Assembly: GCA_027624555.1 (NCBI GenBank)
Contig: JAQBWN010000002.1
Coordinates: 1-59,524 of the forward strand
Source: a bacterium
GTDB lineage: Bacteria > Patescibacteriota > Andersenbacteria > UBA10190
Length of the DNA: 59,524 nucleotides
Direction of reading: 5' to 3'
Part shown: positions 26,792 to 33,653 of the stretch, piece by piece
Numbering within the stretch: position 1 is the stretch's first letter
Layout of the letters: each line of letters starts with the position of its first letter
Notes under the pieces: model-generated
The model's database searches: none
What the model saw: only the letters and a program-made list of their open reading frames with translations
Told to the model about the DNA's origin: nothing
Position numbers and translations under genes: made by a program

Positions 26792-27181
26792 ATGCGTTTG
26801 TTTCGAAAAACCACACTTGTTATTTGCGTCTTAATCGCAGCCGTTTGCGGATTCACCGAAAAGGCCTCGGCTCAGTTTATCGCCGGAAGTTACGGCGTGG
26901 GTCTCTCACCTTGGTGGGGGACGGTCCCAAATGCACATCGCAGTGGTGCTGGCTGGACGCCGTCGCCAATCGCACTTACTGACATAAATGGGCGCGTGAC
27001 GGGGTCATATAACCCCGTCAATGGTCGCCTGCAAGGGCAAGGATTTATGCCACCAAGCGCATCGCATTATGGACACAGAAACGGAGAAGTCGCTCTCTAC
27101 GTTCCAATGGATGTCAGACTCGGCGGAGTGGTAATTGAACCACAAAACCGCAGATCCCGCCGACATAATCGGCGATGGTAG
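26792..27181 (+). CDS. small secreted protein, divergent paralogue of 26386-26685
   Basis: Signal peptide ending ASA, then SYGVGLSPW, SGAGWTPSP and GQGFMPPS repeats, then a basic RRSRRHNRRW tail. GC-rich, with a canonical SD. Confidence 0.55.
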   Translation: MRLFRKTTLVICVLIAAVCGFTEKASAQFIAGSYGVGLSPWWGTVPNAHRSGAGWTPSPIALTDINGRVTGSYNPVNGRLQGQGFMPPSASHYGHRNGEVALYVPMDVRLGGVVIEPQNRRSRRHNRRW

Positions 27182-27247
27182 TTGTTCGCTAGAAGATAGA
27201 GTAGCCGAGAGGGGATTCTGGACAAGCCTTTTTCCCCCTCTGGCTCA

Positions 27248-27294
27248 CACTCTCGGATTGCTATTATGCTTAGACAATTCGAGAGTGTTTTTTT
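27248..27294 (+). terminator. rho-independent terminator
   Basis: CACTCTCG-N24-CGAGAGTG followed by a T7 run. Confidence 0.55.
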
Positions 27295-27320
27295 ATACGT
27301 CAGTCTATATACTTATTATT

Positions 27321-28325
27321 ATGTTACTTGCCTCACTTACGACTATTCAACTAGGCGGAAATGCAAAAGAATATATTTCTTGCAAAACTCAGGACGACAT
27401 AACCGCTGCGCTTATATATGCGAAAGAAAAAAAATTAAAAATACATGTACTCGGTGGGGGCAGTAATAGTATTTTTGCGGACGCGGGATTTGACGGACTT
27501 GTAATACATATTCAAACAACGGGGATTTCGGCGGAAAAAACAGATGCCGCAGTTTACCTCACTGCGCAAGCAGGGGAGCCGTGGGACGATGTTGTGCAAT
27601 ACGCAATAAAAAATAATCTAACGGGCATAGAATGCCTATCCGGCATTCCCGGTTCTTGTGGCGGTACGCCGTTTCAAAACGTGGGTGCATATGGGCAAGA
27701 AGTTGCGCAGACTATTTCTTACGTTGATGTAATCGACAGAAATTCGTTACAAAATATTCGTTTTACTAACGATGAATGCAATTTCGGATACCGCACCAGC
27801 AGATTCAAAGTCCAGGATTTTAACAAGTATATTATTTTGTCCGTTACGTTTCGGTTAATCCCAAGTGGTACACCAAATATTCGCTACGGGGAATTAAGTA
27901 GCCTTGTATCCGAAACATCTTCACTGCAAGAAATTCGAGACGCTGTATTACAACTTCGCAAAAAGAAATCTATGCTTATTGACCCAGCAGACCCAAACAG
28001 TATTTCCTGTGGTTCGTTTTTTACAAATCCGATTATTTCTGCAGCAGAATTTGAAACGGTACAAAAAAATATATCTGAAGAAATACCGTCATACGAATCA
28101 GCGGGAGATAAAAAACTATCTGCCGCGTGGTTAGTTGAACATGCTGGTTTTACGAAAGGAACAACCAGGGGCAACGTAGGTATATCCGAACATCACAGCC
28201 TTGCGCTGGTAAATAACGGCGGGACTACACAAGCGTTGTTACAATTTGCAAATGAAATTCAAACAGCAGTAGAGAACAAGTTTAATATCAAACTTGTTCT
28301 CGAACCACTTGTAATACCCTCATAA
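27321..28325 (+). CDS. murB: UDP-N-acetylmuramate dehydrogenase
   Basis: FAD-binding VLGGGSNSIF, GIPGSCGGTPFQNVGAYGQE and AAWLVEHAGF. ATG 27321 chosen, with TATACT 7 nt upstream. Confidence 0.85.
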   Translation: MLLASLTTIQLGGNAKEYISCKTQDDITAALIYAKEKKLKIHVLGGGSNSIFADAGFDGLVIHIQTTGISAEKTDAAVYLTAQAGEPWDDVVQYAIKNNLTGIECLSGIPGSCGGTPFQNVGAYGQEVAQTISYVDVIDRNSLQNIRFTNDECNFGYRTSRFKVQDFNKYIILSVTFRLIPSGTPNIRYGELSSLVSETSSLQEIRDAVLQLRKKKSMLIDPADPNSISCGSFFTNPIISAAEFETVQKNISEEIPSYESAGDKKLSAAWLVEHAGFTKGTTRGNVGISEHHSLALVNNGGTTQALLQFANEIQTAVENKFNIKLVLEPLVIPS

Positions 28326-28331
28326 AAGATA

Positions 28332-28586
28332 GTGACTACGTATTTCGTATATATTCTCCGTTGCAGCGATGATTCTTTATATACTGGATGGACTTTGCAT
28401 ATTGAAAAAAGAGTTGCGTTGCATAACTCTGGCAAAGGCGCAAAGTACACGCGTGCACGCATGCCGGTTACATGTGTATATTCTGAAACTTTCTCTTCTC
28501 GAGAAGAAGCTATGAAGCGGGAATATGAAATCAAGCAACTAAGCAGGAAAGAAAAAACCTTGCTTATCTTGCAACAATCCGTATAG
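28332..28586 (+). CDS. GIY-YIG nuclease family protein
   Basis: YFVYILRC..SLYTGWT...R...H and the EYEIKQLSRKEK pattern. Confidence 0.8.
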   Translation: MTTYFVYILRCSDDSLYTGWTLHIEKRVALHNSGKGAKYTRARMPVTCVYSETFSSREEAMKREYEIKQLSRKEKTLLILQQSV

Positions 28587-28596
28587 TTTATATCTT

Positions 28597-29214
28597 ATGC
28601 AGTACAGCACACTCGCAACAAAAGAATCAATTTCAAAAACAGTAGCAGGGCTCAAAAAACATAATGTAGAAGCTATTGTAGTAGCAAACAAAGACGAAGC
28701 GTTGGCAAAAATTAAAGAACTTATTCCCAGTGAAGCATCTGTTATGAACGGCTCATCGGTAACACTAGAACAAATCGGCTTTGTAGATTATCTAAAATCT
28801 GGAACGCACCCATGGAATAACTTGCACGCAAACATTCTTGCAGAAAAAGAGCCGGCAAAACAAAGCTTGCTTCGCAAACAAGCAGTTCTTTCCGATTATT
28901 ACTTAGGAAGTGTTCACGCGCTTACAGAAACAGGAGAATTTATTATTGCATCCAACTCTGGCAGCCAGCTTCCACATATCGTATTTACTTCACCAAATCT
29001 TATTTTTGTTGTGAGCACAAAAAAGATTGTGCCTACTCTTACAGATGCATTAAAAAGATTAGAAGAGCATGTTGTGCCACTTGAAGATGTTCATATGCAA
29101 GAGTTATATGGTGTAAACACGGCGGTATCAAAAATAGTTATTTTCAACAGAGAAAAGCCAGGGTCTGGAAGAACAGTAAACATAATTCTTGTCGAAGAAG
29201 ATCTCGGATTTTAG
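28597..29214 (+). CDS. LUD domain protein (lactate utilisation B/C-like)
   Basis: Overall LutC/YkgG-like pattern, including GSVHALTETGEFIIASNSGSQL. Confidence 0.7.
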   Translation: MQYSTLATKESISKTVAGLKKHNVEAIVVANKDEALAKIKELIPSEASVMNGSSVTLEQIGFVDYLKSGTHPWNNLHANILAEKEPAKQSLLRKQAVLSDYYLGSVHALTETGEFIIASNSGSQLPHIVFTSPNLIFVVSTKKIVPTLTDALKRLEEHVVPLEDVHMQELYGVNTAVSKIVIFNREKPGSGRTVNIILVEEDLGF

Positions 29215-29225
29215 AAAAGTGAAAA

Positions 29226-29251
29226 GAGCCGGTAGCTTGCGCAACCGGCTC
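29226..29251. terminator. bidirectional hairpin terminator
   Basis: GAGCCGG-N12-CCGGCTC, with A/T runs on both sides. Confidence 0.5.
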
Positions 29252-29286
29252 ACATGGCGTATCTGCGTAATTTTAAGGATCACCTC

Positions 29287-29349
29287 CTAGCAGCAGATAC
29301 AGGTGAAGATCAAACGGCCGAACTTCTGCATCCAAATGTACTTCTGCAT
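29287..29349 (-). CDS. candidate 20-aa hydrophobic peptide MQKYIWMQKFGRLIFTCICC
   Basis: AAGGAG lies 6 nt upstream of the ATG. The stop codon is embedded in AGGAGGTGATCC, and a terminator follows downstream. Confidence 0.3.
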   Translation of the reverse strand: MQKYIWMQKFGRLIFTCICC

Positions 29350-29405
29350 GCGGAGCTCCTTGAAGGGTGAACGAACAAACTGAAATAGACGCTATGTGTA
29401 TCTTA

Positions 29406-30542
29406 TTACACTATCCTTTGCGGATCAATGTCTGCGCTGTCTATGGGTAGATTTTTGTATGCTTCTACTGCTTTACTCAACTCTCCAGAAATTAAAATAT
29501 GCCATTCAAACAGTTTTGATTTTTTTGGGCTTCTTTCTTCATACGGACCAAATGCACGAGTTGCGGGGAACTTTTCAAGCGCGCTTTGCAACAACGTAAA
29601 AACATTATCTGCTCGCGTGTGCGCTTTTTTTATACTTTTATCTCGAACAGTTAAACGCACCAAGTCCGTATAGGGCGGGAGATGTAAAAGCCGACGTTCT
29701 TTTAAAACTTTTTCATACCACATGGCATCAGACACGCCGAGCGTTTGTTGCGTAAGGTCAAAGTTGCGCGTAACAATTGTGACAGGAAACTTTGGAGTAA
29801 GGCTTTGCAATCGAGCAGCTAATATGCGAGCACGCTCACTAGATCTGTAATCAATTGCTCGCATAGTAAGCTCAGGTGCTATCCATACCACGCGGTCATA
29901 CTCTTTCTGCACTGCATCGGTTAAGAGGGAAGTTGTACCTAAAGAAATACTTTCTTTCGCTTTTTTAGAGAGCCGAAAAAACAACACTTCTTTTATTTTT
30001 TGATTATCTTTTTTGTTGTACAACACTAATACTTTTTTGCCTTGCCGAGCCCATGCGCGTATTGTCGTTCCTGCATCATTTGGAAACGCTCGTTTCCATT
30101 TCCTGTCTTCGAAAGAAAAGGGGATGATGGTTGTTTTAATTTGTACCTGTTTATTTGTAAGAGGTTTGATACTCTTATTTGCTTGTAAAAAACGTAATCG
30201 AATAGACGGATAAGATGATGAATATATAATCTTGGCACCCCAAATTTTTGCAAGCATTTCTGCGCCGCGCACGGTGTGCAATCGCGGATACTGGTCCCAT
30301 AATTTATGGGTTTCATATTGCTCTTCATTAATAATTATCTTTGTCAAATTTTTAAACGGTAAAAACAACGCTTTCTGTGTGCCTATAATTACTTGTATTT
30401 TTTCTTCTTGAACGCAGCTCCAGATTTCTTTTTTTTCTGACTGTTTTAAGCCCGCATAATACAGCGTTCCCATACCTGTATACTCATGGAGCATAGCAAC
30501 TTCCGGAACCAGGATAAGCGTTTGCCCTTTTTGTTTTTTCAT
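29406..30542 (-). CDS. priA: PriA-like protein, C-terminal part (degenerate helicase core)
   Basis: GQTLILVPEV, IIGTQKALFLPF and IIINEEQ (replacing DEEH) align with PriA motifs. No Walker A, no Cys-rich Zn region. Confidence 0.65.
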   Translation of the reverse strand: MKKQKGQTLILVPEVAMLHEYTGMGTLYYAGLKQSEKKEIWSCVQEEKIQVIIGTQKALFLPFKNLTKIIINEEQYETHKLWDQYPRLHTVRGAEMLAKIWGAKIIYSSSYPSIRLRFLQANKSIKPLTNKQVQIKTTIIPFSFEDRKWKRAFPNDAGTTIRAWARQGKKVLVLYNKKDNQKIKEVLFFRLSKKAKESISLGTTSLLTDAVQKEYDRVVWIAPELTMRAIDYRSSERARILAARLQSLTPKFPVTIVTRNFDLTQQTLGVSDAMWYEKVLKERRLLHLPPYTDLVRLTVRDKSIKKAHTRADNVFTLLQSALEKFPATRAFGPYEERSPKKSKLFEWHILISGELSKAVEAYKNLPIDSADIDPQRIV

Positions 30543-30868
30543 ACGGAATGAGGAATAAATAATCTGAGCGTAAACCCGAGCCCGCCATGGACAGCCCCCG
30601 CAAGCAATGTTGCAAATTGCATTTGATGACTAGTTAACACGGTATCAAGTATCGTTGTTATGGGTTTGGTAGGATACTGCGGACGCTTCACATCAACTTG
30701 CAACACAACACCAAGAATCTTTCTCTTGCCAAATGATATACGCACAACGCTACCCTCAACTAGTTTTTCCGCCACCTCAACATGATACGTATATGCTTCA
30801 TGCCCATGACCCATGAGGGGGATACACGGAGCGACTAATACATATGCAAGAGAAGTCTTAGGGGCCAT
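30539..30868 (-). CDS. priA: PriA-like protein, N-terminal 3'-DNA-binding part
   Basis: YTYHV...GSVVRISFGKRKILGVV..V......K.I..ILD pattern. ATGA overlap with the downstream part. Confidence 0.65.
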   Translation of the reverse strand: MAPKTSLAYVLVAPCIPLMGHGHEAYTYHVEVAEKLVEGSVVRISFGKRKILGVVLQVDVKRPQYPTKPITTILDTVLTSHQMQFATLLAGAVHGGLGFTLRLFIPHSV

Positions 30869-31376
30869 ATGATGTTACGGGAAAACGATACATCGTAATC
30901 GCTTCATTGCGCGAATCCACACCTGCTTCTCGCATTGCCGTCGCAATTTGTTCTTCCGGAGTATCAATGCCGGGTCTTCCTGGAAGGAGCAATGCCATTT
31001 TATTTTTATCTGTGCGCAAATACAGCCCAAACGACTGCGGCTTTAAATGCTCTTTATTTGTTATTCGCTCAATGGGTCCCAGTACGGCCACTACGTATCC
31101 ATAATTCATTGCATCCATTGCTCGCATACGAATATTGTGTCGAACTATCGCTTCAACCGTATTTTCAATAATTTCTCGCGCAAGCGATGCGCAATGGGGG
31201 AGCGGAGTACCAAATGCTCCTCTTACTCTACTTCCCGGTTGCTCAACAACAGAAACAAAACAAGCTTTTTGAACGAGTAAATCTTGAGTAAGTGTGTTCG
31301 GTACCGACATATACGTCCCCGTGCGAGCATAGTGCTTCGCTGCTTGCTTGGCTAGTTTGCTGTATATGGCAGACAT
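30858..31376 (-). CDS. AMMECR1-like protein
   Basis: ACFVSV....VRGAFGT..P resembles the AMMECR1 GAFVTL..LRGCIG core, but the Cys is missing. Confidence 0.55.
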   Translation of the reverse strand: MSAIYSKLAKQAAKHYARTGTYMSVPNTLTQDLLVQKACFVSVVEQPGSRVRGAFGTPLPHCASLAREIIENTVEAIVRHNIRMRAMDAMNYGYVVAVLGPIERITNKEHLKPQSFGLYLRTDKNKMALLLPGRPGIDTPEEQIATAMREAGVDSRNEAITMYRFPVTSYGP

Positions 31377-31433
31377 GTATCATAAGCGTACGGACTATCC
31401 GAAAATTGGCAACGCCAGTATGATACAAATAAT

Positions 31434-31880
31434 ATGAGTTTGCGTATTGCTATAATCCCCCCAAAACAAGTTATTGATAAAATTACAGACGCACTACTGC
31501 CATATAGTGCGAGTTTGAGTTTCCAATCAAATGATAATACTTGGCATATCCCACTTAGCACACTTCAACACATGCCGAGCCTTACGCCGATTCGGCATTC
31601 ATTTCATCAAACATTGCGCATACTCTCTATCGGAGAAGGACAAGATCAAATGTCTCTTTCTGTTCGCATTCAACAAAGCCCAAGCCTCACCGCACTTATT
31701 GCATCGCTCCCAAACAAAAGCACACTTTGTGTTCCCGAAATATTGCTTGGTTCATTTGAGCAGGTGCCTGCATTTGGCATTCTAGATACACCACTTACAA
31801 TCACATTTAGCGTCCGAGAACTAGCTGTTATACAAATAGACCCATATGAAATCATCGGCACAATTCCCATTACTCCTTAA
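31434..31880 (+). CDS. hypothetical protein, weak 2H phosphoesterase (LigT)-like pattern
   Basis: One HxPL motif (WHIPLSTL). The second H-x-T/S motif is absent. Confidence 0.35.
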   Translation: MSLRIAIIPPKQVIDKITDALLPYSASLSFQSNDNTWHIPLSTLQHMPSLTPIRHSFHQTLRILSIGEGQDQMSLSVRIQQSPSLTALIASLPNKSTLCVPEILLGSFEQVPAFGILDTPLTITFSVRELAVIQIDPYEIIGTIPITP

Positions 31881-32781
31881 TTGTTCGTTTTTTTCTCGTA
31901 GGGAATATCTGGAAAAAATTCAACAGGCTCTTGGGAAAGATACGCTCACGCATATTGTTACATTGAACGCAGAAATGATTGTAGAGGCGCAAACTAATCA
32001 GCAGTTTAGAGATGCAGTAGAACGCGCAGAACTAAAAATTCCAGATGGGGGGAGTTTATTGTGGGCGAGGGAGTATCTCGAAGAGCGTCACGCACAGCGC
32101 TGTACGCACCGTCATCCCGGCCTACGAGCCGGGATCCGCGCCTGCCCGCCGGATTGGCGGGTCGCCATGTCTGGATTCCGGATCAAGTCCGGGATGACAA
32201 ACTATGCCTTAATGATTCTTAGCCTTATCAAATTCCTCTTCTCAAAACAACAACCCCTCACCGGCGTTGATAGCATATATGATATTTGTGAAGCAGTGCA
32301 GCACAAAAACGGATCTGTATATTTACTCGGGGGGACACATAAAGAAGCGCAGGGAACGGCAGACGTTTTACAAAAAAAATATCCAAAATTGATTATCTCA
32401 ATTATTCACGACAGCACCCCACCCAGCCTCCCCTTTTCAAGGGGAGGAGTCGGGTTTTCGCAACAGCAGAAGCTAATACAGCTAACGAAGCTAGTGAAGC
32501 TAAAAGCTCCGATCGCTCTTTTCGTCGCACTCGGTTCTCCAAAACAAACTCTCTACATAGAACAACATAGAAAAATGTTAGAGGAAGCAGGCATACGCAT
32601 TGCAATCGGTGTTGGGGGAGCGTTCGCAATGATTTCAGGAATACTTCCGCGCGCGCCCAAATTCATGCGTCGTCATCACCTCGAATGGCTATGGCGGCTC
32701 ATACTAGAACCAAAAAGAATCAAACGAATATGGAACGCGGTGTTCGTTTTTCCAAACATAATTCGCGGTTATCCACATTGA
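31846..32781 (+). CDS. WecG/TagA/CpsF family glycosyltransferase
   Basis: IVTLNAEM, IPDGGSLLWA, VYLLGG, LGSPKQ and HLEWLWRL motifs. Contains two blocks of hairpin repeats in frame. Confidence 0.8.
   Translation: MKSSAQFPLLLNCSFFSRREYLEKIQQALGKDTLTHIVTLNAEMIVEAQTNQQFRDAVERAELKIPDGGSLLWAREYLEERHAQRCTHRHPGLRAGIRACPPDWRVAMSGFRIKSGMTNYALMILSLIKFLFSKQQPLTGVDSIYDICEAVQHKNGSVYLLGGTHKEAQGTADVLQKKYPKLIISIIHDSTPPSLPFSRGGVGFSQQQKLIQLTKLVKLKAPIALFVALGSPKQTLYIEQHRKMLEEAGIRIAIGVGGAFAMISGILPRAPKFMRRHHLEWLWRLILEPKRIKRIWNAVFVFPNIIRGYPH
32111..32199 (+). repeat. composite of three GC-rich hairpin repeats (R3-like, R5, R3), in frame in the tagA-like gene
   Basis: GTCATCCCGGC-CTACGA-GCCGGGATCC; CTGCCCGCC-GGATT-GGCGGGTCGCC; CTGGATTCCGGA-TCAAG-TCCGGGATGACA. 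Translated as HRHPGLRAGIRACPPDWRVAMSGFRIKSGMT. Confidence 0.8.
32415..32454 (+). repeat. GC-rich hairpin repeat, family R1, in frame in the tagA-like gene
   Basis: CACCCCACCCAGCCTCCCCTT-TTCA-AAGGGGAGGAGTCGGG, translated as STPPSLPFSRGGVGF. Confidence 0.8.
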
Positions 32782-32875
32782 CGCCCTTATAGCACGGGCA
32801 TACGGTTATATGATGCTCAAAAAGTGTCATATGGAGGGGGAATAGCTTTTATTACTAACAGGAGGTGAACACCAT

Positions 32876-33508
32876 ATGGAATATGAACAACAAAACAACC
32901 CTGATGATGATGGGTTTGTAACAAAAATTAAAGAGTCCCCAAGGACAGTATCAGCAATAATAATCGTTTTAATAGTTGCGGCGGCTATTTATGCCTTTTC
33001 AGGCAACGAACAAAATACGAGCGAAGACATTGCAGAAAATTTGTCAGCAACTGAAACACCGGAATCATCCGCAACCCCTGTATCAGAAGACACAACAGAT
33101 AAAACAGCGGCTAACAAGAATACGACAGCACCAGATGCGCCAAAAGTATCGCCTGCTGCACCCGTTGATAAAACGTCTCTCATGGAGGCAAGCAAGAAGT
33201 TACCAGAAGCAAGAGTCACAGACACTGCGTTTATTGAAGTAGCTCAAAAGGGAGATGGGTTAACACACCTTGCTCGCAGAGCAGCTACAAGATATCTCGC
33301 AGACCATGAAGCAGGGTATACACTCACCAATGAACACCGAGTATACATAGAAGACTATATTCGCAAGAATATTGAAAAGCGTCCCGTGAGCATCGGAATG
33401 GAACAAACAATTTCCTTCGATCTCGTCAAGCAAGCAGTAGAATCAGCAGGCAAGCTGTCAGCTCCACAAATAAAAAACCTCACGAAATACACAAAAGCGC
33501 TGAACTAA
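32876..33508 (+). CDS. hypothetical membrane-anchored protein
   Basis: Canonical SD AGGAGGTGA 8 nt upstream. TM helix, then a low-complexity linker and a C-terminal domain. Confidence 0.5.
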   Translation: MEYEQQNNPDDDGFVTKIKESPRTVSAIIIVLIVAAAIYAFSGNEQNTSEDIAENLSATETPESSATPVSEDTTDKTAANKNTTAPDAPKVSPAAPVDKTSLMEASKKLPEARVTDTAFIEVAQKGDGLTHLARRAATRYLADHEAGYTLTNEHRVYIEDYIRKNIEKRPVSIGMEQTISFDLVKQAVESAGKLSAPQIKNLTKYTKALN

Positions 33509-33527
33509 GCAGCAACAAATTCTCGTA

Positions 33528-33570
33528 CGAACAAAAAACGTTCCCCTGATCAAGGAACGTTTTTTGTTCG
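33528..33570. terminator. 17-bp perfect inverted repeat, bidirectional terminator
   Basis: CGAACAAAAAACGTTCC-CCTGATCAA-GGAACGTTTTTTGTTCG. Confidence 0.6.
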
Positions 33571-33617
33571 TGTGTAAAACTACCTCCTGTATAGAGAAAA
33601 AATGACTCACCATTTTT

Positions 33618-33646
33618 TTGAATGGTCACGCTCCTTAGCGTACAAT
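33618..33646 (+). promoter_or_regulatory. nrdA promoter: -35 TTGAAT, 17-nt spacer, -10 TACAAT, 7 nt before the ATG
   Basis: Hexamers at 33618-33623 and 33641-33646; ATG at 33654. Confidence 0.55.
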
Positions 33647-33653
33647 AAACAAC

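Noticed and set aside
29277-29288. GGATCACCTCCT as the 3' end of a 16S rRNA gene
   Set aside because: The upstream sequence is the LUD-domain CDS and its terminator. No other 16S-like sequence is present; this is only a 12-mer match.
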